A stretch of 64,000 nt of DNA from an uncultured Chloroflexia bacterium. Its GTDB lineage: Bacteria; Chloroflexota; Limnocylindria; QHBO01. The stretch spans positions 218,850 through 282,849 of the forward strand of contig CAWGIY010000004.1 of the NCBI GenBank assembly GCA_963822845.1. The letters are read 5' to 3'. Shown piece after piece: positions 20,834 to 29,798 of this stretch. The translations under genes were made by a program, and so were the position numbers. The notes under the pieces were generated by a model. The model was not told the origin of the DNA, did not search any database, and saw nothing but the letters and a program-made list of their open reading frames with translations. Position 1 is the first letter of the stretch. Each line of letters opens with the position of its first letter.

Positions 20834-22372
20834 TCAGCGAGTTCGCGGGAACCCGAGATCCACCGAGCTGGTGCCAGGATCAGGCCAACGGGCGGTGACG
20901 ACCTTGCCGCGCGTGTAGAACTGGATCCCCTCCGGTCCGTACATGTGCAGGTCGCCGAACAGCGATGCCTTCCAGCCGCCGAAGCTGTAGTAGGCGACCG
21001 GCACCGGGATTGGCACGTTGATGCCGACCATGCCGACATTGACGTCGAATTGGTACTGCCGCGCGGCGCCACCGTCGCGGGTGAAGATCGCCGTCCCGTT
21101 GCCGTACTGGTTGTCGTTCACGATCTCCAGGGCCGATGGGTAGTCCGGGGTACGCACGACCTCGAGCACCGGGCCAAAGATCTCGTTGCGGTAGCACTCC
21201 ATCTCGGGGGTGACGTTGTCGAGCAACGAGACCCCCAGGAAGAAGCCCTCCGACTCGTTGTAGAGCACGTGCTGGCGACCATCCGCGCGCAGGGTCGCGC
21301 CCTGGGACACTCCGCTCTCGAGGTAGGAGGCGACCTTGTCGCGATGCTCCTTCGTGATGAGGGGGCCCATCTCCGAGCCCTCCTCGTTGCCCGGGCCGAC
21401 CTGGATCTTCGGCAGGCGCTCCTCGATGGCCGAGACGAGCGGATCGGCGACGTCGCCCACCGCGACCACGACCGAGATCGCCATGCAGCGCTCGCCGGCG
21501 GAGCCGTAGGCGGCCGAGACGGCGGCATCGGCCGCCATCTCGATGTCCGCGTCGGGCAGCACGATCATGTGGTTCTTGGCGCCACCCAGGGCCTGCACCC
21601 GCTTGCCGTTCTTCGTTCCCGTCTCGTAGATGTGTCGCGCGACCGGCGTCGAGCCGACAAAGCTGACGGCGGCGATGTCAGGGTGCTCGAGGATCCGGTC
21701 GACGGCCACGCGGTCACCATGGATGACGTTGAAGACGCCGTCCGGCAGCCCGGCTTCCTTCAGCAGCTCTCCGAGATAGACCGATGCGGACGGGTCCTTC
21801 TCGGATGGCTTCAGGACAAAGGTGTTCCCGCAGGCGATGGCATTCGCAAACATCCACATCGGCACCATGGCCGGAAAGTTGAAGGGCGTGATCCCGGCTA
21901 CCACGCCGAGCGGCTGGCGGATCTGGTAGACGTCGATGCCGCTGCTGACCTGCTCGCTGAAGCCGCCCTTCAGCAGGTGCGGGATGCCCGTCGCGAACTC
22001 GAGGTTCTCCAGGCCACGCGCGACCTCGCCGAGCGCATCGGTCCTGACTTTGCCGTGCTCGCGCGTCAGGTGCGCCGCGATCTCCTCGCGATGCTGCTCC
22101 ACCAGGTTGCGGATGCGGAACAGGATCTCGGTGCGGCGGCTGATGCTCGTGGCACGCCAGCCCGGGAACGCCGCCTTCGCGATGGCGACCGCCGCGTCGA
22201 CCTCCTCGACCGAGGCGAAGTCGACCTCACGCGCCACCCTGCCGGTGGCCGGGTTGTAGACCGGGCCGCTGCGGCCGCTCGTGCCCGTCACCCGGGCGCC
22301 GTCGATCCAGTGGTTGACGCGATCGGTGCCTGCCGACTCTTGCTCGGACGTCGGCTGCGCAAGCTGTGTCAT
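20834..22372 (-). CDS. mmsA: methylmalonate-semialdehyde dehydrogenase (CoA-acylating)
   Basis: 512 aa aldehyde dehydrogenase (FVGSTPVARHIYE, catalytic Cys in GERCMA, ELGGKN-like region). The overall sequence is MmsA-type. Confidence 0.88.
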   Translation of the reverse strand: MTQLAQPTSEQESAGTDRVNHWIDGARVTGTSGRSGPVYNPATGRVAREVDFASVEEVDAAVAIAKAAFPGWRATSISRRTEILFRIRNLVEQHREEIAAHLTREHGKVRTDALGEVARGLENLEFATGIPHLLKGGFSEQVSSGIDVYQIRQPLGVVAGITPFNFPAMVPMWMFANAIACGNTFVLKPSEKDPSASVYLGELLKEAGLPDGVFNVIHGDRVAVDRILEHPDIAAVSFVGSTPVARHIYETGTKNGKRVQALGGAKNHMIVLPDADIEMAADAAVSAAYGSAGERCMAISVVVAVGDVADPLVSAIEERLPKIQVGPGNEEGSEMGPLITKEHRDKVASYLESGVSQGATLRADGRQHVLYNESEGFFLGVSLLDNVTPEMECYRNEIFGPVLEVVRTPDYPSALEIVNDNQYGNGTAIFTRDGGAARQYQFDVNVGMVGINVPIPVPVAYYSFGGWKASLFGDLHMYGPEGIQFYTRGKVVTARWPDPGTSSVDLGFPRTR

Positions 22373-22430
22373 GGCGGTGGGGCCTGCCTCCGTGGTGAGG
22401 CGCCCACTCTACTCCGCGCCCCTCGAGGCG

Positions 22431-23060
22431 TCAGCCGTGGCGCAGCCGCCGCACGGCCAGCGCGACCGCCCCGAGCACGTACGCCACGGTCAGCGCGACC
22501 ATCGCTGCGAGCATCCAGCTGTCGGCACCGATGCCGGCGAGCGCCCCGCCGACGTTGCCGGACGCGACGACCAGCGCGGTGCCGCCCAGGGCCAGGAGCA
22601 CGAGCATCGGTGGGCCGGCACTCCCCCGCGGCGCGATGAGCACCCCGAACAGCGCGACGGCCATCGGCACCAGCAGGAACGGCAGGATGGCGGTCGGTCC
22701 GATCGTGTCGGGGTCGTTGTAGCCGAAACGACCGACCGCCCAGTCCGACAGCGTGAGCTCGAGCGTGACGGCCAATGCGATGCCCGCCACGGGAGCCGCC
22801 AGGGTGTGGGATGAGACGGGCAGCCAGCGTCCGAACGCCAGGCGGCCGCCGACCAGCACGCCGGCGACCGAGAGTCCGCCCCAGGCGGCGAACCACAGCG
22901 CGAGGTCCAGGCGCGCGTCTCCATCCGGGCTTCCCAGCACTCCGGCGTAGGTGACGGCGATGCCGAAGGCGGCGAGGAAGCCGATGACCGCCCCAACGCC
23001 CGACAGGGCCGCCCATGCCCAGGGCAGCCACGGTCGCCACTCCGCCGTCGCGATCCTCAT
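22431..23060 (-). CDS. hypothetical polytopic membrane protein
   Basis: 209 aa, 5-6 TM segments. Confidence 0.45.
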   Translation of the reverse strand: MRIATAEWRPWLPWAWAALSGVGAVIGFLAAFGIAVTYAGVLGSPDGDARLDLALWFAAWGGLSVAGVLVGGRLAFGRWLPVSSHTLAAPVAGIALAVTLELTLSDWAVGRFGYNDPDTIGPTAILPFLLVPMAVALFGVLIAPRGSAGPPMLVLLALGGTALVVASGNVGGALAGIGADSWMLAAMVALTVAYVLGAVALAVRRLRHG

Positions 23061-23225
23061 CAGCGCACCTGACGATTGCCACGTACCGAATGTGCCATCA
23101 GGGCTCCGGCCAACGACATGGCACCGATGCTGTTCGACGAGATGTTCATGCCGTCGAAGAGCCGCATTGCACCCGGCGTCCGTGCACGCCCTGGCGCACA
23201 GGTCGCACGCGGCGTATCGTCAACC

Positions 23226-23394
23226 GATGACCACCAACGAGGTTCGAACCTGCGCCATCTGCGGCGATCCGATCGAGCCCGATCACGCCTGGATGACGTC
23301 CGACGACGGCCGCGTGGCCCACTCGGGGTGCGTCTATTCCGACGCCGACGTGGCCGGGCGCGACAGCTGGATGCCCCCCGACACCGTCGCCTGA
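23226..23394 (+). CDS. small zinc-ribbon-like protein (55 aa), speculative
   Basis: MTTNEVRTCAICGDPIEPDHAWMTSDDGRVAHSGCVYSD…: CxxC…H…C spacing. No clear RBS. Confidence 0.2.
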
Positions 23395-23516
23395 CGGAGA
23401 GTCCAGCTCCGCCCGCGAAGACGGCCAGCCACCACGTGTCGGCAATGCTGGCCAAGCTGGGCGTCGAGCGCCGATCGGCGGCGACCGCGATGGGGCGAGA
23501 GGACACGAAGGGCTAG
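23395..23516 (+). pseudogene. remnant of a LuxR-type HTH C-terminus
   Basis: Frame-0 reading …LTESPAPPAKTASHHVSAMLAKLGVERRSAATAMGRED* resembles the recognition helix of LuxR/NarL HTH domains (…TVKxHVSNILAKLGVxSRxEAAA). It has no intact upstream receiver or effector domain. Confidence 0.3.
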
Positions 23517-24601
23517 CCCGGCCTCGGGATCTCCTCGCCGCGTAGCACGACGTCGGGCCGCGTTGCGCGCCAGTCGTAGTCGGCGACGCGCTCGTCGGCG
23601 CCGAGCAGGCCCTGCGAGCGGAGCCAATCGTCGTTGTAGAGCTTGCCGACGTAGTTTCGTCCCGAGTCGGGCAGCAGGACCACGAACAGGGCGTCGGGAT
23701 CGTCGAGCGCGCGCGCGACCTGGAGCGCGGCCCACAGCACGGTCCCGCCGGACTCGCCGACCAGGATCCCCTCGCGCGCCGTTGCGGCGCGGGCGGTGAG
23801 CATCGAGTCGCGGTCGCCGACGCGCACGACCATGTCGCAGATGTCCGCGTCGTAGGTCGTCGGCCAGAAGTCCTCACCGATCCCCTCGGTCAGGTAGGCA
23901 TGCGGCGTGGCCCCGGAGTAGACCGAACCGGCCGGATCGGCCCCGACGATGACCATCGACGGCTGCCGTTCCTTCAGGAACTTCCCCGCCCCGGAGATCG
24001 TGCCGCCGGTGCCGAGCGCGACCACGAAGTGCGTGACACGCCCCCCGGTCGCATCCCAGATCTCCGGCCCCGTCGTCTCGTAGTGCGCCGACGGATTCGC
24101 GGGGTTCGAGTACTGGTCCGGCTTCCAGGCGCCCGGCGTCTCGCGCGCGAGCCGGTCGGAGACCCGGTAGTACGAGCGCTCGTCGTCCGGGTCGACGTCG
24201 GTCGGGCAGACCACGATTTCGGCGCCGTAGGCACGCAGCAGGGCCCGCTTCTCCTCCGACTGCTTGTCGGCCATGACGAAGATGCACCGATAGCCCTTGA
24301 CCGCGGCCGCCTGCGCCAGCCCAACGCCGGTGTTGCCCGAGGTCGGCTCGATGATCACGCCGCCGGGCTGGAGGAGCCCGGCCCGCTCGGCGGCCTCGAT
24401 CATCGGCAGCGCGATGCGGTCCTTGACCGATCCGCCCGGGTTCATGTGCTCGAGCTTGGCCACCAGTCGCGGCCGGACGTCGGCGCCCAGTCGATCGAGC
24501 GCGACGAGCGGCGTGTCACCCACGGCGGCGGTGACGTCGGGCAGGATGCCCGGCCGGTCAGCCAGCGGAGGGCTCCGCCTGCGCCTGCGGTGCGGGCGCA
24601 T
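23513..24601 (-). CDS. cysteine synthase / cystathionine beta-synthase family PLP enzyme
   Basis: 362 aa. GDTPLVAL, SVKDRIAL, EPTSGNTGVGLA, GTGGTISG motifs of the CysK/CysM/CBS fold. 44-nt overlap with the lgt C-terminal tail. Whether ATG 24601 is the true start is uncertain. Confidence 0.85.
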   Translation of the reverse strand: MRPHRRRRRSPPLADRPGILPDVTAAVGDTPLVALDRLGADVRPRLVAKLEHMNPGGSVKDRIALPMIEAAERAGLLQPGGVIIEPTSGNTGVGLAQAAAVKGYRCIFVMADKQSEEKRALLRAYGAEIVVCPTDVDPDDERSYYRVSDRLARETPGAWKPDQYSNPANPSAHYETTGPEIWDATGGRVTHFVVALGTGGTISGAGKFLKERQPSMVIVGADPAGSVYSGATPHAYLTEGIGEDFWPTTYDADICDMVVRVGDRDSMLTARAATAREGILVGESGGTVLWAALQVARALDDPDALFVVLLPDSGRNYVGKLYNDDWLRSQGLLGADERVADYDWRATRPDVVLRGEEIPRPG

Positions 24602-25457
24602 CGGTCTGGGGCTCGTCGGCGGGCCGGATCATCGGTGAGCCCCATCCACGGCGATGGCGAATGATCAGCCAGGCGAGTGCAAGCACGAAGCCGATGATGC
24701 CCAGCCACATCGCCGTGGGCAGCCCGAGGACCGTCCAGTTGTTGACGCGATAGGTCTCGAGCAGCGTGCGGACGGCTCCGTACCACATGATGTACATGAG
24801 CACCGCATCGCCGGCGAAGAGACGCGGGCCGTAGCGGCGGATGACGAACAGCAGGACCGCCATGCCGATGAGGTTGAGGATCGCCTCGTAGGCGAAGAGC
24901 GGCACGAAGGTGGTCGTCTCGACCGGATAGGTCAGCGCGTCCCAGCCCGTCTCGGCGCGGTGGAACTCGTCGATCTGGATGCCCAACGGCAGGCACGGCG
25001 GGAACTCGACGCCGCACAGCGTGGTTGGCGGACCATAGAGCTCCTGGTTCACGAAGTTGCCGAGGCGGCCGATCGCCTGCCCCAGCAGCAATGCCGGCGC
25101 CGCGATGTCCATCCAGCGCGCGGTGCTGAGACCGCGAGAGCGGGTGTAGACGAAGACGCCGAGCGCCCCTCCCGCGATGCCGCCGGGAATGCCGAGGCCG
25201 CCGTTCCAGATCTGGGGGATCTCGACCGGGCTCGTGGAGTAGTGGTCCCACAGGTGGACGACGTGGTAGAGCCGAGCGCCGATGATCGCGAAGATCATCA
25301 CGATCAGGAGCATGGACCACGCGTGGTCGGGGTCCTCGTTCAGCCACCGTGCCACGCGCGTGGCGAGCAGGGTGCCGGCCAGGGCCGCGGCGGCGATGAA
25401 GATCCCGTACCAGTGGACCTGGAGCGGCCCGATCTCGAGGGCGACAGGGTCGATCAC
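24558..25457 (-). CDS. lgt: prolipoprotein diacylglyceryl transferase
   Basis: Internal GTG start VIDPVALEIGPLQVHWYGIFIA within ORF 24558..26801. Lgt signature region GRLGNFVNQELYG. Pro/Ala/Gln-rich C-terminal tail. Confidence 0.85.
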   Translation of the reverse strand: MIDPVALEIGPLQVHWYGIFIAAAALAGTLLATRVARWLNEDPDHAWSMLLIVMIFAIIGARLYHVVHLWDHYSTSPVEIPQIWNGGLGIPGGIAGGALGVFVYTRSRGLSTARWMDIAAPALLLGQAIGRLGNFVNQELYGPPTTLCGVEFPPCLPLGIQIDEFHRAETGWDALTYPVETTTFVPLFAYEAILNLIGMAVLLFVIRRYGPRLFAGDAVLMYIMWYGAVRTLLETYRVNNWTVLGLPTAMWLGIIGFVLALAWLIIRHRRGWGSPMIRPADEPQTDAPAPQAQAEPSAG

Positions 25458-26728
25458 CCGGCCGATTCTAGCGCCGATGCCGCCCGCTCCGGCTCGGCGG
25501 CGTTCGGGAAGGTGTCGAGATCGCGCAGGACGGGGAAGAGGCGCATCCAGACGCCGGTCACCACCAGCGTCGCAACGCCCCCGACGACGACCGCCGGCAC
25601 CGTCCCCCACCACGACGCGGTCACGCCCGACTCGAATTCGCCGAGCTCGTTCGACGCACCGATGAAGACGCTGTTCACCGCGCTCACCCGGCCCCGGATC
25701 TCGTCGGGCGTCTCGAGCTGCACGAGCAGGTGCCGGATGTAGACGCTGACCATGTCCCCGGCGCCCATCACGAGCAGGGCGACGAGGCTGAGCGCGAGAC
25801 TCGTGGACAGCCCGAAGACGATGGTCGCGACGCCGAAGGCGGCGACGCCGCCGAACATCCAGCCACCGACCCGCCGGCGGATCGGCCAGACCACGACCGC
25901 GGCCGCGATCAGGCCGGCGCCGACCGCGGGCGCAGCCCGCATGACGCCAAGCCCCACCGGGCCGACGGCGAGGATCTCGCCGGCGTAGAACGGCAGCAGG
26001 GCGGTGGCACCGCCGAAGAGGACCGCGAACAGGTCGAGCGAGATCGAGCCGAGCACGATCGGGCGCGACCGGACGAAGTTCACGCCCGAGAGCAGCGTCG
26101 TCCACGAGACGGGCTCGGTCGCACGGTCGTCGCGTCCCCCGCCGCGCAGCCCCGCGACGAGCACGACGCCGGCCAGCAGGAGCACGAGCGACAGGGCGTA
26201 GGCGACCTCGATGCCGAACAGCACGAGCGCGCCGCCGATCGCCGGTCCCGCGATCGTCGCGATCTGCCACAGCGACGAGTTGACGGCCACCGCCCGGGGG
26301 AACAGCTCGATCGGCGCCAGGTTCGGCAGGAGCGCCTGTCCCGTCGGCTGGCCGAAGGCGCGGGCCACGCCGAACACGGCCATCACCGCGAAGATCGGCG
26401 CGAGGTCGGTGACCCCCGCCAGCGTCAGCGCGAGCAGCGCGAGCGAGCATGCCGCGAGCAGGACGTAGGTGGCGAGCTGGATGCGGCGGCGGTCGTATCG
26501 GTCCGCGACGTGGCCGGCGGGCAGGATCAGCAGGATGAACGGCAGGAACTGTGACAGCGCCACGAGGCCAAGGTCGAACGGGTCGCCGGTCGTCGTGAAG
26601 ACCTGCCAGCCGACCGCGACCGTCTGGACCTGGGTCGCCATGCCGACAACGAAGCGGGCAACCAGGTACCGGCGGATGTCGGGGTGGCGGAAGACCTCGC
26701 CGCGGCCATCTCTGTCGACGGTTGGCAT
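25454..26728 (-). CDS. MFS transporter
   Basis: The ORF 25454..26764 gives a 12-TM protein. The probable start is MPTVDRDG at 26728. Overlaps the lgt start by 4 nt. Confidence 0.8.
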   Translation of the reverse strand: MPTVDRDGRGEVFRHPDIRRYLVARFVVGMATQVQTVAVGWQVFTTTGDPFDLGLVALSQFLPFILLILPAGHVADRYDRRRIQLATYVLLAACSLALLALTLAGVTDLAPIFAVMAVFGVARAFGQPTGQALLPNLAPIELFPRAVAVNSSLWQIATIAGPAIGGALVLFGIEVAYALSLVLLLAGVVLVAGLRGGGRDDRATEPVSWTTLLSGVNFVRSRPIVLGSISLDLFAVLFGGATALLPFYAGEILAVGPVGLGVMRAAPAVGAGLIAAAVVVWPIRRRVGGWMFGGVAAFGVATIVFGLSTSLALSLVALLVMGAGDMVSVYIRHLLVQLETPDEIRGRVSAVNSVFIGASNELGEFESGVTASWWGTVPAVVVGGVATLVVTGVWMRLFPVLRDLDTFPNAAEPERAASALESAG

Positions 26729-26802
26729 CGGTGGCGGAGCGTAGCGGACCTGCCGTCCCCGCATTCGTCCCGCAGTCCCGACCGTGGATACTGTCGCGCA
26801 CG

Positions 26803-28140
26803 ATGACCGAGCCGCAGCATCAAGATCTCAAGCGCGCCCTTCCGCTCTGGCAGCTGGTGACCCTGTCGGTCTACTGGTTCGGGATCGTCATCATCTGGGG
26901 CGGGCTGAACAAGATCATCCTGCCGGCGATGATCGAGGACCAGCCCGGCGGGGCCGAGAACCTCGGCATCCTCCTGGCGATCCTCGTCACCGTGGGCGTG
27001 ATCGCACCGATCGTCATCCAGCCCACGGTCGGCATGATCAGCGACTACACGGTGACGCGCTGGGGTCGCCGCAAGCCGTACATCTTCGTCGGCGCACTGC
27101 TCGACGTCGTCTTCCTGTTCGGGATCGCCACCTCGCAGACGTACCTCGCGCTCGTCGCGTTCTACTTCCTGCTCCAGCTCAGCTCGAACTTTGCCCAGGG
27201 GCCGTTCCAGGGCTACGTGCCGGACCTCGTGCCGAAACGACAGGTCGGCCTGGCGAGCGGGCTGATGGGGACGATGATCGTCCTCGGCACGATCGCCGGC
27301 GTCGGCATCGCGACCTTCGGGGTCAACAGCGGCAACCTGTTCCTCGCCACGCTGGCGCTCGGCGTGGTCGAGGTGGTCACGATGCTCATCCTCGTCTCCA
27401 CCGTCCACGAGGGAACGGCGGCTCCGCGACGCACGCAATCGTGGCTCGGCGTCGCTCGGTCGGCGTGGGCCACCGACATCCTGCGCGAGTCGAGCGTGCT
27501 TTGGCTGCTCGTCGTGCGCCTCCTCTTCCTCGGCGCCTACGCCGCGACCTCGCTGGCACTGCCGTACTTCCAACGCGCGCATGGCATGAGCCGGGGGGAC
27601 GCGGCCGACACGGTCTTCATCGGCACCGCCATCGTCGGCGTGATGACCGCTCTCTCGGCAATCCCCGGTGCGAGGATCTCCGACCGCGTCGGGCGCAAGC
27701 CGGTGATCTGGGCCGCGGCCGTGATCGCTGGCATCGGCCTGCTCGGCGTGGCGCTGGCGCCGACCCCGGAGTTCGCGATCGCCTCGTTCGTGCCGTTCGG
27801 CATCGGGATGGGCGCCTTCCTGTCGGTCGACTGGGCGCTGATGACCGACGTCATTCCGAAGCACACGTCCGGGCGCTACATGGGCATCCTCAACGCCGGC
27901 ACCGCGATGGCCGAGCCGGTGTTCCTCATCATCGCCGGGCCGTTGGCGCTCGACCTCCTGGGCCGCGTGCTCGGCGGGCCGGCCGGCGCCCGCGCGACGA
28001 TGCTCGTCGCGGTCATCTTCCTCGTCGGGTCCGGCCTCGCGCTCCTGCGCGTCGACGCCCGTCGGCGCGAACTGGGGGAACCGGCCGGCGGCACCGACCC
28101 GGAGCCGGCCGTGGCCACGACGGCCCCGACGAGCGCCTGA
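26803..28140 (+). CDS. MFS transporter (divergent from the preceding MFS gene)
   Basis: Start MTEPQHQD inside ORF 26722..28140. About 12 TM segments. Confidence 0.8.
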   Translation: MTEPQHQDLKRALPLWQLVTLSVYWFGIVIIWGGLNKIILPAMIEDQPGGAENLGILLAILVTVGVIAPIVIQPTVGMISDYTVTRWGRRKPYIFVGALLDVVFLFGIATSQTYLALVAFYFLLQLSSNFAQGPFQGYVPDLVPKRQVGLASGLMGTMIVLGTIAGVGIATFGVNSGNLFLATLALGVVEVVTMLILVSTVHEGTAAPRRTQSWLGVARSAWATDILRESSVLWLLVVRLLFLGAYAATSLALPYFQRAHGMSRGDAADTVFIGTAIVGVMTALSAIPGARISDRVGRKPVIWAAAVIAGIGLLGVALAPTPEFAIASFVPFGIGMGAFLSVDWALMTDVIPKHTSGRYMGILNAGTAMAEPVFLIIAGPLALDLLGRVLGGPAGARATMLVAVIFLVGSGLALLRVDARRRELGEPAGGTDPEPAVATTAPTSA

Positions 28141-28889
28141 TGGACGCGGCGGGTGAGCGCGCGAAGCGCACGGGCCCGCGAGAGCTGAGCGTGGCGGTCA
28201 CGCCGCGGTATCGGTTCATGCTGGGCCTCAACCGTCTCATCGTCAGGCTCCTGTTCGACGTTCGCGCCACCGGTCTCGAGCACTGGCCGAACCCGCCGTT
28301 TCAGCTGGTCGCCAACCACCACAACGGCATCGACCCGCTGCTCGTCATGTCGGTCGCACCGGTCGAGCCGCGGATCACCTGGTTCGGTCCCCGCGAAGCG
28401 GACTTCAGCCGCGGCTTCAAGAACCGGTTGATGGCGTTCTTCGGCGGAGTCATCCCATACCACCCGGAGATGACGACGCTCACCTCGGCGGTCCGCGCCG
28501 TTCGACGCGTCTTCGAGGCCGACGGCGTCCTCGGCATCTTCGCCGAGGGGCGCATCGGCTTCCGCGAGAGCGAGCTGCTGCCATTCGAGGACGGCGCTGC
28601 CGCCTTCGCCGCCACCTCCGGCGTTCCGGTCGTGCCGTGCGCGATCGTCGGTAGCACCGATCTGTGGTTCCGCCGGCGCATCGAGGTCCGCTTCGGCGAA
28701 CCCATGGAGACCGATGCCGTCCGCGGACGCGAGGCCCGCGCCGCACTCGAGGCCCGCATCCGAGAGGCCATCGGCGCGATGCTCCCGGCCTCCGAGCCGC
28801 GCCTGCCTCGACGCCGGCCGCTCTCGTTCCTGACCGACCTGCTCAACGGCGCGGAGGACGTCGCGCGACGCAGCAGCGGCGGACGCTAG
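28140..28889 (+). CDS. lysophospholipid (1-acyl-sn-glycerol-3-phosphate) acyltransferase, PlsC family
   Basis: ATG 28140 overlaps the MFS stop (ATGA). HXXXXD-type motif NHHNGIDP. FAEGRIG (EGTR-like) block. Confidence 0.8.
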   Translation: MDAAGERAKRTGPRELSVAVTPRYRFMLGLNRLIVRLLFDVRATGLEHWPNPPFQLVANHHNGIDPLLVMSVAPVEPRITWFGPREADFSRGFKNRLMAFFGGVIPYHPEMTTLTSAVRAVRRVFEADGVLGIFAEGRIGFRESELLPFEDGAAAFAATSGVPVVPCAIVGSTDLWFRRRIEVRFGEPMETDAVRGREARAALEARIREAIGAMLPASEPRLPRRRPLSFLTDLLNGAEDVARRSSGGR

Positions 28890-28901
28890 CATCGGCCTCG
28901 C

Positions 28902-29174
28902 ATGCTCCCGTTCGTCTGGACCCTGTTCGTCGTGTTCGCCGTGGGCGGCTTTCTGATGATCGCGGCCTACTGGCTCGACGTGCAGGACCGGCCTGACCTC
29001 GGCGCACGCGCCAGGATCGCGTGGTCAGCGGCCGTGGTCGTCTTCCCGATCTCGATCCCGATCTACGCCTTCGCGGGCGGTCCGAACTGGCCGCTGGCGC
29101 TCCGCATCGGCAGTCTCGTGCCGGGTGTCGCGCTTGTCCTCTTCGCCGGCTTCGTGGTCGGCGTCTTCACCTGA
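28902..29174 (+). CDS. small two-TM membrane protein (PLD-nuclease N-terminal-domain-like)
   Basis: 90 aa. Two hydrophobic helices flanking a W-rich loop (YWLDVQDRPDLGARARIAWS). Confidence 0.55.
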   Translation: MLPFVWTLFVVFAVGGFLMIAAYWLDVQDRPDLGARARIAWSAAVVVFPISIPIYAFAGGPNWPLALRIGSLVPGVALVLFAGFVVGVFT

Positions 29175-29727
29175 GGCCGTCGCGGCGAAAGGCGAGCATG
29201 CCCACCGCGCCGATGAGCAGCGCCGCCGCCAGCACGCCGATCACCGGCGCCGGCACGTCGAGCGTGAACCCCGAATCGTCGGCGACGGCGATCGAGTCGT
29301 TGAGCGGCAGCGCCAGCTTGATGCGATTGAGCTCGCCCGGATCGACGTCGTTGGTGAGCGTCGTGCCGGTACAGAGGTCGGTACTGAGGCGACCCTCCCA
29401 CGCCGAGGCGATCACCAGCCACTCCTCACCGATGGACATGTCGAGGCCGCAGCTCGCGCCGCCGCCGGATGCCACGTCGAGCACGAACGGGCTCGCCATC
29501 GACTCCTTGGAGTGCGAGACCTCGAAGGCGGTCCGCGCGGTCGGGAACTGCTCCAGCTCGATGACTTGCTCCCCCTCCTCCGCCACCACGGTGCCGATAA
29601 ACGCGACGTCGGCGGCCGCGATCGCCTCCTCGTAGCCGAAGAACGCGCACGAGCATGCGAAGGCGGTGGTCGCGGGCAACGCGGTCGTTCCGACCGCAAG
29701 CGCGAATGCCGCCAGAACCCTGCTCAT
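29167..29727 (-). CDS. secreted, membrane-tethered TIMP-like (N-TIMP/NTR-fold) protein
   Basis: The start MSRVLAAFALAVGTTALPATTAFA (SPase I site AFA|C) lies within ORF 29167..29886. The mature protein begins CSCAFFGYEEAIAAADVAFIGTVV…, with Cys at mature positions 1, 3, 69 and 95, and the motif GEEWLVIAS. It has a C-terminal TM helix (VIGVLAAALLIGAVGMLAF) and a basic stop-transfer (RRDGLR). Confidence 0.6.
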   Translation of the reverse strand: MSRVLAAFALAVGTTALPATTAFACSCAFFGYEEAIAAADVAFIGTVVAEEGEQVIELEQFPTARTAFEVSHSKESMASPFVLDVASGGGASCGLDMSIGEEWLVIASAWEGRLSTDLCTGTTLTNDVDPGELNRIKLALPLNDSIAVADDSGFTLDVPAPVIGVLAAALLIGAVGMLAFRRDGLR

Positions 29728-29798
29728 CGGTCGCATGCTGGCGGGACGCCGAAGGGTTGCCACAGGTTGCATCGTTCCGATCCCCCTATCATCGGCCA

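Noticed and set aside
20945-22639. 564-aa + ORF opposite mmsA
   Set aside because: Antisense to a well-supported aldehyde dehydrogenase. Low-complexity translation.
24601-26801. 747-aa minus-strand ORF 24558..26801 taken at face value
   Set aside because: Its N-terminal 450 aa is Arg/Gly-rich nonsense in the +1 frame of the MFS transporter. Only the C-terminal third (from GTG 25457) is Lgt.
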